Assembly: GCA_965371515.1 (NCBI GenBank)
Contig: CBDUYR010000033.1
Coordinates: forward strand, 1 to 28,579
Source: an uncultured bacterium
GTDB lineage: Bacteria > Krumholzibacteriota > Krumholzibacteriia > Krumholzibacteriales > Krumholzibacteriaceae
Direction: 5' to 3'
DNA: 28,579 nucleotides
Below, one piece after another: positions 17,840-28,579 of this stretch (position 1 is its first letter; each line of letters starts with the position of its first letter). Both the position numbers and the translations under genes were made by a program. The notes under the pieces are model-generated. The model worked only from the letters and a program-made list of their open reading frames with translations, made no database searches and was not told the origin of the DNA.

Positions 17840-18238
17840 ATGGCGAGAAAAGTCAGGGTGTTGATAGCCAAACCCGGACTGGATGGACATGACAGGGGAG
17901 CGAAGGTCGTTGCCAATGCCCTCAAGGATGCCGGCATGGAGATCATATACACCGGGCTTCACCAGACGCCCGAGATGATCGCGGAATCAGCCGTTCAGGA
18001 GGACGTCGATGTCGTGGGCCTGAGCATCCTGTCGGGAGCGCACATGACGATGTTTCCCAGGGTCATGGAATTGATGAAGGAAAAGGGAGCGGAACACATC
18101 GTGATCTTCGGCGGCGGGATCATCCCGCCCGAGGACGTGGATAAACTCGAGGCGATCGGCGTCGCCCGGATATTCGGTCCGGGAACTGACACCGGAGACA
18201 TCGTTACTTTTATCAGGGAAAGATTTCCGGAAGAGTAG
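17840..18238 (+). CDS. Cobalamin-binding small subunit of acyl-CoA mutase (IcmB/McmB-like)
   Basis: [14 protein letters not shown] (DxHxxG), [21 protein letters not shown]. Confidence 0.95.
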   Translation: MARKVRVLIAKPGLDGHDRGAKVVANALKDAGMEIIYTGLHQTPEMIAESAVQEDVDVVGLSILSGAHMTMFPRVMELMKEKGAEHIVIFGGGIIPPEDVDKLEAIGVARIFGPGTDTGDIVTFIRERFPEE

Positions 18239-18271
18239 GCACGACAAAAAGTGCGAAGGAAGGAGCTGTCG

Positions 18272-19453
18272 ATGAGCGAAGTCGTAATCGCTGGAGCGGT
18301 ACGTACTGCTATAGGAAGATTTCAGGGAGGCCTGTCCTCATTCAAGGCCCAGGAGCTAGGAGCCATGGCAGTGGCCGAGGCTGTAAAGAGGGCCGGAGTC
18401 GATCCATCAGCCGTCACAGAGGTCATCATGGGCAACGTGATCGGTGCAGGACTCGGCCAGAATCCCGCCAGGCAGGCGGCTCTCGGCGCAAAGCTGGATT
18501 TTGCCGTTTCGGCCATGACCGTCAACAAGGTCTGCGGGTCGGGACTCAAGGCAGTGGTGCTCGGTACACAGGCGCTCAAACTCGGTGACGAGGAGATCGT
18601 CGTCGCCGGAGGCATGGAGAGCATGAGCAACGCGCCGTATATTCTCAGGAAAGCGAGGACGGGATACAGGCTCGGCGATGGCAAGATCATCGACACGATG
18701 GTCTACGACGGTCTGTGGGATGCCTACAACGATTTCCACATGGGCAACACGGGAGAGATCACTTCTGAGCGGTACGATGTTCCCAGGGAGGAAATGGACG
18801 AGTACGCGTACAATAGCCACCGCAAGGCGGCCGAGGCCGCGGCGAAGGGGATGTTCAAGGAAGAGATGATGTCCGTCGAGGTTCCCCAGCGAAAGGGCGA
18901 TCCGGTTGTCATAGACACAGACGAGGGAGTAAGGTCCGACGCGAGTCCCGAATCGATGGCAAAGCTCAGGCCGGTGTTCAAGAAGGATGGAGTAATCACC
19001 GCAGGTAACGCGTCTCAGCTCAGCGACGCCGCCGCGGCGATGGTACTGATGACGGATGCAAAGGCTGCCGAGCTCGGAGTAAAGCCGATAGCGAAGGTGA
19101 CCGGCTACGCTACCGGCGGACTTGAGCCGGAGCTCGTCATGATGGCCCCGACGGTGGCCGTCCCGAAGCTGCTCGCGAAGATTGGTATGAAGCTCGAAGA
19201 TTTCGATCTCATAGAGCTCAACGAGGCGTTCGCAGTCCAGCCCTGCGCCGTGATGAAGAACCTCGGCATGGATCCGGCGAAGGTCAATATCCACGGCGGC
19301 GCAGTTGCGCTCGGACATCCGATCGGTTGCTCGGGTACGAGGATCCTCGTGACCCTGCTTTACGCCCTGAAGCAGACGGGTGGGAAGAAGGGCCTGGCGA
19401 CGCTCTGTCTCGGCGGAGGAAACGCCGTGGCTCTGAGCGTGGAGATGCTGTAA
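18272..19453 (+). CDS. Acetyl-CoA C-acetyltransferase (thiolase)
   Basis: [47 protein letters not shown] 18272 after AAGGAG. Confidence 0.95.
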   Translation: MSEVVIAGAVRTAIGRFQGGLSSFKAQELGAMAVAEAVKRAGVDPSAVTEVIMGNVIGAGLGQNPARQAALGAKLDFAVSAMTVNKVCGSGLKAVVLGTQALKLGDEEIVVAGGMESMSNAPYILRKARTGYRLGDGKIIDTMVYDGLWDAYNDFHMGNTGEITSERYDVPREEMDEYAYNSHRKAAEAAAKGMFKEEMMSVEVPQRKGDPVVIDTDEGVRSDASPESMAKLRPVFKKDGVITAGNASQLSDAAAAMVLMTDAKAAELGVKPIAKVTGYATGGLEPELVMMAPTVAVPKLLAKIGMKLEDFDLIELNEAFAVQPCAVMKNLGMDPAKVNIHGGAVALGHPIGCSGTRILVTLLYALKQTGGKKGLATLCLGGGNAVALSVEML

Positions 19454-19508
19454 GCATACAGACTGGATGATTACTGGCGGCACCGCCGCCGGGAAGGGAG
19501 ACAGATTG

Positions 19509-20360
19509 ATGGCAATCGAGAAGGTCGCCGTGATCGGCGCCGGAACGATGGGGAACGGAATCGCGCAGGTATTCGCGCAAAACGGTTTCTCCGTGGCGAT
19601 GATCGACATCAAGGACGAGTTCGTGAAGAAGGGCGTCGCCGCCATAGACAAGAGCCTCTCGCGGCTCGTTAAGAAAGAGAAGATCACGGAGGACGTGAAG
19701 GCCGAGATACTTGGACGGATTTCGACTTCGACGAAGCTGTCCGCCGCCTCTGACGCCGGTTTGGTGGTCGAGGCTGTCTTCGAGGATTTCGACGTCAAGA
19801 TGAAGATCTTCGGCGAGCTCGACGGTATCTGCGGACCGGACGTGATCTTCGCGAGCAATACATCGTCGATCTCGATCACGGCGATCGGCGCGGCGACGTC
19901 GCGGCCGGAGAAGTTTATCGGGATGCATTTCATGAATCCAGTCCCGATAATGAAGCTCGTCGAGATCATAAGGGGACTGGCCACCGATGACGCCACGACA
20001 AAGATCATCATGGAGCTGAGCGAAAAGCTCGGCAAGACGCCGATCGAAGTCAACGACTACCCCGGCTTCGTCGCCAACCGGATCCTCATGCCGATGATCA
20101 ACGAGGCGTGCTTCTGCATGATGGAGGGCGTCGCGACCGCCGAGGCTATAGACGGCGTGATGAAGCTCGGAATGGCCCATCCGATGGGACCGCTGCAGCT
20201 AGCCGACCTGATCGGACTCGACATCTGCCTCGACATCCTCAGGGTCCTGCACGACGGACTCGGGGATCCGAAGTACAGGCCGTGCCCGCTGCTCGTCAAG
20301 AAGGTCGAGGCGGGATACCTCGGACGCAAGACGGGAAAGGGATTTTACGACTACGAGTAG
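19509..20360 (+). CDS. hbd: 3-hydroxybutyryl-CoA dehydrogenase
   Basis: [64 protein letters not shown]. Confidence 0.93.
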   Translation: MAIEKVAVIGAGTMGNGIAQVFAQNGFSVAMIDIKDEFVKKGVAAIDKSLSRLVKKEKITEDVKAEILGRISTSTKLSAASDAGLVVEAVFEDFDVKMKIFGELDGICGPDVIFASNTSSISITAIGAATSRPEKFIGMHFMNPVPIMKLVEIIRGLATDDATTKIIMELSEKLGKTPIEVNDYPGFVANRILMPMINEACFCMMEGVATAEAIDGVMKLGMAHPMGPLQLADLIGLDICLDILRVLHDGLGDPKYRPCPLLVKKVEAGYLGRKTGKGFYDYE

Positions 20361-20383
20361 ATCCCGTCCGGCAGCTCGATATG

Positions 20384-20415
20384 AAAAGGGCGCTTCTATC
20401 TGGAAGCGCCCTCTT
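20384..20415. terminator. Probable bidirectional intrinsic terminator
   Basis: 10-bp stem AGGGCGCTTC/GAAGCGCCCT flanked by AAAA and CTT, between convergent hbd and the OMP gene. Confidence 0.75.
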
Positions 20416-20431
20416 ATATCCGCCTATCCGC

Positions 20432-20974
20432 CTAGAATGCAATGCCAGTGATCAGAATGTTGATGTGGTGATGAGTGAAGTCAAATCCTGCATCGCTTGT
20501 CTGTCCATATGAATAATAGGCACCGACCTGCCAATGTTTTGCGAACTCATACCCGCCACCCAACAGCAGACCGAATCCGGGATCATTGGAATCAAGATCT
20601 TCCACGTCAAAGACATAAAATCCGAGCCCGAGAGTTGAATATAGGGAACGCCCCGTCTTTCCAAAATAGTGGTACCACGAGGCTCCGTTAAACCCCTGTG
20701 AGATCGTCTGGTTGAAAAGGTCGGAGGTATACGCCATGACGTTGCCTTCGTAAACAAGCATATCGTGTTCAGTGAACGCGCCGCCGATAATCAGGTTAAG
20801 CCCTAATCCGGCTCCGTCCTCATCAATATTAAATGTGTCGAAAGTCCATTTGCCCTGCGGCGCAAAACCTAACCCTCCGCCGAGGACAAAGCCCTTCCGA
20901 TTGCCGTCGAAAGCGAACGCCGTGGAAGACATCAATACGAGCAGGAATAAACAGACAAGGATTTGCCTTCTCAT
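20432..20974 (-). CDS. Small outer-membrane beta-barrel protein (OmpA/OMP beta-barrel-like)
   Basis: ATG 20974 after AAAGGAG; signal peptide ending AFA-F; Gly/aromatic alternating strands (GFVLGGGLG, YSTLGLG, GFGLLLGGGYEF); C-terminal Phe. Confidence 0.75.
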   Translation of the reverse strand: MRRQILVCLFLLVLMSSTAFAFDGNRKGFVLGGGLGFAPQGKWTFDTFNIDEDGAGLGLNLIIGGAFTEHDMLVYEGNVMAYTSDLFNQTISQGFNGASWYHYFGKTGRSLYSTLGLGFYVFDVEDLDSNDPGFGLLLGGGYEFAKHWQVGAYYSYGQTSDAGFDFTHHHINILITGIAF

Positions 20975-21124
20975 GATCTCTCCTTTAATTGGAACGTAAT
21001 AATGGGAGGTTGTTCTCGCTACACCGGGCATGTCAAGAAAAATGCGAGGCAACTGGTTGTAAATGTTATGAAGGCAGAATAATAAGTGGGGCGATATTAA
21101 AGTGATTTCAACGGTCGTTCCCTG

Positions 21125-21535
21125 CTATTCCTCTTCGATCTCGAGCAGCACTCCCATTGTAGATTTAGGGTGCATGAAGGCGGTGAGGTGTCCCTCGGCG
21201 CCCGTCCTCGGCTCCTGGTCGATAAGACGAACACCCTCATCGGCCAGCTCTTTCATGACCTGCCTTATATCGGAGACCTCGAAGCTGAGGTGGTGGATCC
21301 CGGTGCCGCGCTTCTCGATAAATTTAGTTATTGCGCTATCCGGCGTTGTTCCCTCGAGGAGCTCTATCTTCGTGTTGCCCGTCTCGAGAAAAGCGACCTT
21401 AATGCCGCGCTCGGGCATCTCCTTCTCCGCGGTGAGGGTGAAGCCGAGCACCTCACTGTAGAGTTTCTTGGCCTCCTCGAGGTCGGTCACCGCAATGCCT
21501 ATATGTCCGAGTTTTCCGAGCCGGTCGGGCATCAT
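21125..21535 (-). CDS. mce: Methylmalonyl-CoA epimerase
   Basis: VOC fold: HIGIAV, KIELLE, FIEKRG.GIHHLSF, FMHPK...GVLLE; downstream of the mutase. Start may be 21532. Confidence 0.94.
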   Translation of the reverse strand: MMPDRLGKLGHIGIAVTDLEEAKKLYSEVLGFTLTAEKEMPERGIKVAFLETGNTKIELLEGTTPDSAITKFIEKRGTGIHHLSFEVSDIRQVMKELADEGVRLIDQEPRTGAEGHLTAFMHPKSTMGVLLEIEEE

Positions 21536-21562
21536 GTCCTCCGTTCGATTATTATCTCATGA

Positions 21563-23230
<1,668 letters not shown>

Positions 23231-23245
23231 CGGGGCACCTCCAAA

Positions 23246-24799
23246 TTAAAGCGGGATATTTCCGTGCTTCTTCGGCGGGAGGGTCTGCCTCTTGTTGAGC
23301 AGGTTCTCCAGTGCGTGAATGATCATGGGCCTTGTCGCTTCCGGCATTATCACGTCGTCGAGGTATCCGAGAGAAGCCGCCACGTACGGATTGTTGAAAT
23401 GGTCCGTGTACTCGTCCATCTTGTTCTTTCTCTCCGCCTCGGGATCGTCCGACTCGGCGATGGCTTTCCTGTAAAGGATGTTGACCGCGCCCTCGGCGCC
23501 CATCACGGCGATCTCCGCGGTCGGCCAGGCGACATTGTAGTCCGACCTGATGTGTTTGCTTGACATGACGCAGTATGCGCCACCGTACGCTTTTCGCGTG
23601 ACAACGGTCAGCTTCGGCACTGTCGCCTCGCAGTACGCGTATATCAATTTTGCCCCGTGCCTGATGATCCCGCTCCACTCCTGGTCGGTGCCGGGCAGGA
23701 AGCCGGGGACATCCTCGAACGTGAGCAGCGGTACGTTGAATGCGTCGCAGAACCGGATGAACCGCGCTCCCTTGATCGAACTCTCGATGTCGAGGACCCC
23801 CGCCATGTGCGCGGGCTGGTTGGCGACGATACCGACAGAATGCCCGTTGAGGCGGGCGTAGCCGACGACGATGTTCTGCGCGTGAAGCGGCATCACCTCG
23901 AAAAACTCGCCGTCGTCCACTACGAGTTCGATGATGTTCTTTATGTCATAAGGGGCCCTGGGATCGGCGGGCACGATTTCCCTGAGCTCCGGAGACTGCC
24001 TGTTCGGGTCGTCGACCGGCGTGACGAAGGGTGGATCCTCGAGGTTGTTCTGCGGGATGTAGGAGAGGAGGTCCTTGATCATCTCGATGCAGTCCTCGTC
24101 GTCTTCGGCCATGAAGTGGGCCACACCGCTTTTCGAGTTGTGTGTGTACGCACCCCCGAGCTCCTCGTGGGTGACGTCCTCGTGCGTGACCTTCTTGATC
24201 ACGTTGGGGCCTGTGATGTACATGTGGCTGGTCTTGTCGACCATGAATATGAAATCGGTCAAGGCGGGGGAGTAGACAGCCCCGCCGGCGCTCGGGCCCA
24301 TGATCGCGGAGATCTGGGGGATGACGCCGGAGGCGAGCGTGTTACGGAGGAATATCTCGGCGTACCCGGCCAGTGCTGCGACGCCCTCCTGGATCCTCGC
24401 TCCGCCGCTGTCGGAGATGCCGACGAAGGGAGCTCCGTTGTCGAGGGCCATATCCATCAGGCGGGTGATCTTTCCGGCGTGCGCCTCTCCAAGAGAACCT
24501 CCAAACACCGTGAAGTCCTGAGCAAAAGAGAATGTCAATCTGCCATTTACGAGCCCGTGCCCGCAAACGACACCGTCGCCTACCATCTTCTTCTCGGCCA
24601 GTCCAGGCCAGGTGCTTCGGTGTGTTACGAATACCCCCATCTCCTGGAATGTACCCTCGTCGAAGAGGATGTGGATCCTCTCGCGCGCCGTGAGACGGCC
24701 CGACTTGTGGATCTTCTCTATTCTCGCCCTTCCTCCGCCGAGCAGGGCCTGTTCACGTTTTTTCTCGAGGTCGTTGTACTTATCCTGACGGTTCTTCAA
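23246..24799 (-). CDS. Acyl-CoA carboxyltransferase subunit (PccB/MmdA family)
   Basis: TTG start after [74 protein letters not shown]. Confidence 0.93.
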   Translation of the reverse strand: MKNRQDKYNDLEKKREQALLGGGRARIEKIHKSGRLTARERIHILFDEGTFQEMGVFVTHRSTWPGLAEKKMVGDGVVCGHGLVNGRLTFSFAQDFTVFGGSLGEAHAGKITRLMDMALDNGAPFVGISDSGGARIQEGVAALAGYAEIFLRNTLASGVIPQISAIMGPSAGGAVYSPALTDFIFMVDKTSHMYITGPNVIKKVTHEDVTHEELGGAYTHNSKSGVAHFMAEDDEDCIEMIKDLLSYIPQNNLEDPPFVTPVDDPNRQSPELREIVPADPRAPYDIKNIIELVVDDGEFFEVMPLHAQNIVVGYARLNGHSVGIVANQPAHMAGVLDIESSIKGARFIRFCDAFNVPLLTFEDVPGFLPGTDQEWSGIIRHGAKLIYAYCEATVPKLTVVTRKAYGGAYCVMSSKHIRSDYNVAWPTAEIAVMGAEGAVNILYRKAIAESDDPEAERKNKMDEYTDHFNNPYVAASLGYLDDVIMPEATRPMIIHALENLLNKRQTLPPKKHGNIPL

Positions 24800-24868
24800 T
24801 TCATCCTCCTCCCGCGAGGTGGCCTCAGGCTCCTGCGGGGCGTGGGGGTCACGATATCAGACTCAAGT

Positions 24869-24897
24869 ATACTATTGAAAGGGACGTTGGGGGTCAA
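24869..24897 (-). promoter_or_regulatory. Putative sigma70 promoter of the carboxyltransferase-mutase-mce operon, TTGACC-N17-TAGTAT
   Basis: Near-consensus hexamers at 17-nt spacing, about 70 nt upstream of the TTG start. Confidence 0.55.
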
Positions 24898-25056
24898 TCG
24901 GAATATCATGGGCCGAAATCGTTTGAATTTGCCGCCCGAGACAGTTTATTATCTCTGTCAGGCAGGCATGCCAATGTCTCGGGCCTGATATCACTTGTGA
25001 AGTTATAGAGTTTTACACATTTTACAGAGAGGATGGACATCATGAAGGGAACTGGA

Positions 25057-25620
25057 ATGATGAGGAAGATATCGACCGTACTGATTCTCGCCCTTCTGCC
25101 TCTCCTGGCCTTTTCGTGTGCCGGGGAGAAGGAGAAGGAAGCGGAGAAGCCGGCTGAGACGAAGGAAGAGACGATCGCCTTCGTCGATGAGGAGGTCAGC
25201 TACGCCATCTTCTTCGACGAGGAAGGGACGAAGAGGACGATCCGGCTCAACAGGGGTCAGGATGAGTTCCTGGGCTATCTCTTCCTCATGTGCCCCGAGT
25301 ACAAGGAGATCGCCTCCACGCAGTTCCGCCTCATGATGCCAGAGGGTGTCGTCATCGAGAACGACAAGTACCGCATGGACAGGGTCATGTCGATGGGCAC
25401 GTTCCAGAGAGGTATCAGCGAGAGGTACGTGCCGTGCGTTCCCGGCCCGAAGCTGCTTCTGCACACCTTCACCTTCAGGGTGATCGCACCGCTCGACAAC
25501 GCCGTGTTCACGATACTGCCTTCTCTCGACGCACAGTTCCTGGCCGTGACCGAATGCCAGGAAGGATACCCGATGATAAGGGCCTCGGCTTACAAGGCCG
25601 TAGTCAATCCATCGGATTAA
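25057..25620 (+). CDS. Hypothetical lipoprotein, beta-rich
   Basis: MMRKISTVLILALLPLLAFSC lipobox, charged linker, beta-strand pattern with 3 further Cys. Start could be 25033 or 25042. Confidence 0.75.
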   Translation: MMRKISTVLILALLPLLAFSCAGEKEKEAEKPAETKEETIAFVDEEVSYAIFFDEEGTKRTIRLNRGQDEFLGYLFLMCPEYKEIASTQFRLMMPEGVVIENDKYRMDRVMSMGTFQRGISERYVPCVPGPKLLLHTFTFRVIAPLDNAVFTILPSLDAQFLAVTECQEGYPMIRASAYKAVVNPSD

Positions 25621-25631
25621 CCGGTAGAGTC

Positions 25632-28442
25632 ATGAAAAGATCGTTTCTGAAGAGATTTTTGCCGGCGGCTCTGCTGCCGGCTTTTTATATGGTGATTTTC
25701 ACGACCGGCGCCTCGGCCATCGTATCGCCTCGCGGCGGGGGAGAGCTCCCCGAGGGATTCAGGTCGGCGAAGGAGAAGGACCCGCTCGCGTTCATGCCGC
25801 GGAGAGGGTGGATCGGGAAGGCCATATCTGTCCGCACGGCTGCCTCAATGGCTGCGTTTTCCGCCGGCGCGCCGTCCCGTACGGCGCTGGCCGGTACGAT
25901 GCGGATCCCCGTGATCGGCGGGCTCTACGCGGATTACACGGAGCAGCCGCAGGACCTCGGCGTGCTTCAGCGGGAGTTGTTCGACGGGCCGTGGTCGAGC
26001 GGGACGATGGCTGAATACTTCTCCGAGGCGTCCTCGGGGCTCTTCGATGTGACGGGCGACGTATATGGGTGGGTCGAGCTGGCTAATTTGGAGGACTGGT
26101 ACACGGGGTTCAACGGCCAGGGAATCGTGCCCGGGCTGTCGAACACCGACGAGATGATAGAAGAGGTGGTCGCCGGGGTGGACGCCGAGGTCGATTTCGG
26201 GATCTACGACAACGACGGTCCCGACGGCATACCAAACTCGGGGGACGACGACGGATATGTCGACGTCCTCATGGTCGTCCATCCGACCTTCGGCGCCGAA
26301 TGCAACAACTCGTTTCACATGTGGTCGCACTCGTGGCAGTACAGCCTGTGGGACGGTATCGTCGGAGGCCCCCTGGAAACAAACGATACCGCCGCAGGCG
26401 GCGGCGTGATCCTGATAGACGACTATATTATGGCTCCGACTGTATCATGCGACAACGGCCTGATCGAGATAGGCGTCTTCTGCCACGAGCTCGGGCACAC
26501 AATCGGACTACCCGATCTGTACGACAGTTACGGCTCGTACGGCATCGGATACTGGGGTCTGATGGGAAGCGGAAACTGGAACACTCCTGATACGCCGGCA
26601 CATCCCTGCGGGTGGTCGAAGGAACAGCTCGGCTGGGTAACGGTAACCGATATAGGCTGGAACTCCGTGCAGAGAGAACTCCTGCCGGTGATCCAGTCTG
26701 ACGAAGTGATACGACTCGTGACGCCGGCGAGGAGATTCAGGCGCACGACGCCTCCGTCGGCTACCCTGGGAAGAGGCCTTGTCTGCGGCTACAGCACGGC
26801 CGACGCGGACTTCAGGGGATGGCCCGGCGGGGCGGGATACGGAAACTTCTGGAATGAGTCGATGAGCCGCTCGTTCGTATTCGACGGCACCCTGCCCGTC
26901 ACACTCGATTACTATATCGAGACGGACCTCGAGGACGATTACGACTTCGCCTATACTATCCTCAGGTCGCCGGACGGTTCCAAAGAGGAGACGCTCGCCG
27001 TCTACACAGGGATCAACGCGCTATCACTCGTATCGATCGATCTGAGCGCGTACCTGCAGGAACCGGTATTCGATAACGGGTACGTGATATCGTTCGCGTT
27101 CGTATCCGATTTCAACTATAGCGACGAGGACGGCCTTTACAATTCATCTCCATCGAGAGCCCTTCTTGTCGATAATGTCAGGGTCCAGGGCGGCGGCGAG
27201 AACCACTTCACCGATTTCGAGGAAGATGTCGGAGGATGGCGCGATACCTCGCCGCCCACCGAGTATTTTCTAGTCGAAAACAGGACAAGGATAGGTTTCG
27301 ACGCACATCTCCCCGGAGAGGGGCTGCTCATATGGCATGCGGAGAGCAGCACAGCGTTATCCTATATGGGTAACAGCGGCGGCTCGACCAATACGCAGGC
27401 TCGCGGACTTGTCCTCGAAGAGGCGGATGGTAACTATGACCTCCTCAGTTCCTTCGGTAATCCGGGGGATTCGGGCGATCCCTGGCAGGGGAGCACGGGC
27501 AACCGGAACTTCGCGACGCTGACCATCCCGTCGAGTCACGGCAACGGCGGAGATCCCACGCCTGTCTCGGTTACTGGCATCAGTAACGGATCGGGTCTTT
27601 TCGCAGCCGGGATGCCGGCGCCGACCGTTACGTCGATCGATCCGGCGAATATCGACAAAGCCGCGGCCGATACGATTTATTTCGATATCAGAGGTTCGGG
27701 GATTCTTTACGGGGCTGAATGCTCGATCTCGAGACAGGAGCGGACGATCAGGGCCGATTCGGTCCTGTGGTTCGGCGAAAACAGGATCGTAGCGAGGTTT
27801 GTTGTCACCGGCCTTTATTCCGGAGATTGGAATGTCATCGTAACAAGCGGGGACGGCCAACAGGCCGTACTGGAGTCTGGCCTTACGGTCCAGTCTGTGA
27901 TCATCGCGGCCGACGTCGAGGTCGGACTGAGCTACATAAAACCGGTATGGCTTGTCAGTCCCGTCGACAGGCTCGTCGGAAGCCTCGTCTACAGGTCGGA
28001 TGACGGGGGCCCGTTCGCGCTGCTTGGCGACACACTGAGGAGTGAGACGGGTGGTTTCGAATATATCGACGACAGCGTTGTCTCCGGGATCGCCTACATG
28101 TACAGCGTTAAGGTGATATACGAGAGCATGGAGGAGGAGTACACATTCTCCGGAGAGTTCTCGATCGAGGACCGTGGCTTCCATGTGATCGGTAACTATC
28201 CCAATCCCTTCAGCGAGTCGACGAAGATCGTCTTTTTCCTGCCCGATCGCCGAACGGTGGGAATCAGGTTCTTCGATGTTTCCGGAAGGCTTGTCGACGA
28301 CCTGGGGGCAGTTCCGTACGGGCGGGGAACACACGAAATCACCTGGGATCCGGAGCCCGGAAGGATCGCCAGCGGAGTCTACTTCTGTTCTGTCGCCGCA
28401 GGGCATGGATCGGCCACTATGAAGATCGTACTGATAAGATGA
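25632..28442 (+). CDS. Secreted M6-family (immune inhibitor A-like) zinc metalloprotease with IPT-like and C-terminal FlgD/T9SS-type sorting-like domain
   Basis: Signal peptide from ATG 25632; EYF.E.S.G, YDNDGPDG..DDDGYVD, GVFCHELGHTIGLPDLY (HExxH), WGLMGSG, EYFLVENR, GLLIWH; tail NYPNPFSEST.I.F..P...I.FFDVSGRLV..WD...ASGVYF..KIVLIR. Confidence 0.92.
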   Translation: MKRSFLKRFLPAALLPAFYMVIFTTGASAIVSPRGGGELPEGFRSAKEKDPLAFMPRRGWIGKAISVRTAASMAAFSAGAPSRTALAGTMRIPVIGGLYADYTEQPQDLGVLQRELFDGPWSSGTMAEYFSEASSGLFDVTGDVYGWVELANLEDWYTGFNGQGIVPGLSNTDEMIEEVVAGVDAEVDFGIYDNDGPDGIPNSGDDDGYVDVLMVVHPTFGAECNNSFHMWSHSWQYSLWDGIVGGPLETNDTAAGGGVILIDDYIMAPTVSCDNGLIEIGVFCHELGHTIGLPDLYDSYGSYGIGYWGLMGSGNWNTPDTPAHPCGWSKEQLGWVTVTDIGWNSVQRELLPVIQSDEVIRLVTPARRFRRTTPPSATLGRGLVCGYSTADADFRGWPGGAGYGNFWNESMSRSFVFDGTLPVTLDYYIETDLEDDYDFAYTILRSPDGSKEETLAVYTGINALSLVSIDLSAYLQEPVFDNGYVISFAFVSDFNYSDEDGLYNSSPSRALLVDNVRVQGGGENHFTDFEEDVGGWRDTSPPTEYFLVENRTRIGFDAHLPGEGLLIWHAESSTALSYMGNSGGSTNTQARGLVLEEADGNYDLLSSFGNPGDSGDPWQGSTGNRNFATLTIPSSHGNGGDPTPVSVTGISNGSGLFAAGMPAPTVTSIDPANIDKAAADTIYFDIRGSGILYGAECSISRQERTIRADSVLWFGENRIVARFVVTGLYSGDWNVIVTSGDGQQAVLESGLTVQSVIIAADVEVGLSYIKPVWLVSPVDRLVGSLVYRSDDGGPFALLGDTLRSETGGFEYIDDSVVSGIAYMYSVKVIYESMEEEYTFSGEFSIEDRGFHVIGNYPNPFSESTKIVFFLPDRRTVGIRFFDVSGRLVDDLGAVPYGRGTHEITWDPEPGRIASGVYFCSVAAGHGSATMKIVLIR

Positions 28443-28579
28443 TTGGATCGGGAGGGCCAAGACGTTTAACAGTTGAATTAATCGCGGAAATGAGTTAAAA
28501 TCATATAGATTATAAATTGCCGTAAATCCTCTTTAAAGAGTTCGACAGCTCACAGGAGACACATCTTACTGACCCACTG

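Noticed and set aside
25290..25631. N-terminal extension of the protease ORF (1050 aa), and similar extensions on lemA, the sigma factor, the kinase and the OMP gene
   Set aside because: The extensions overlap neighbouring genes or promoter motifs; downstream starts give proper signal peptides, SD motifs or domain boundaries.
28536..28552. tRNA fragment (GTTCGA T-loop-like) as an integration site
   Set aside because: No proper T-stem, acceptor stem or CCA end.

Overview
A GC-rich (about 60%) bacterial chromosomal window with no rRNA, tRNA, CRISPR or transposase. Protein features (a C-terminal SWGxIK tail, an NYPNPF/FlgD-type tail, a two-CW sensor domain) point to an FCB-group candidate phylum such as Krumholzibacteriota; this is inference. 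Left to right: two beta-propeller lipoproteins, lemA and a DUF2207 gene (minus strand); gatCAB; an ECF sigma/zinc anti-sigma pair divergent from a DUF6249-like membrane gene, with twin TGAAAC...TGTC promoter motifs between them; a WD40 lipoprotein; a lamin-tail protein; and an orphan Cys-rich (two-CW)/GAF histidine kinase. Next come two convergent coenzyme-B12 acyl-CoA mutase operons separated by a lower-GC outer-membrane protein gene: cobO-meaB-icmA-(B12-binding subunit)-thiolase-hbd on the plus strand, and carboxyltransferase-mcmA-mce on the minus strand. The window ends with a lipoprotein and an M6 metalloprotease. The most notable observation is two mutase large subunits with opposite specificity residues (Phe/Gln, isobutyryl-CoA type; Tyr/Arg, methylmalonyl-CoA type) but only one B12-binding subunit, one MeaB and one adenosyltransferase in the window.
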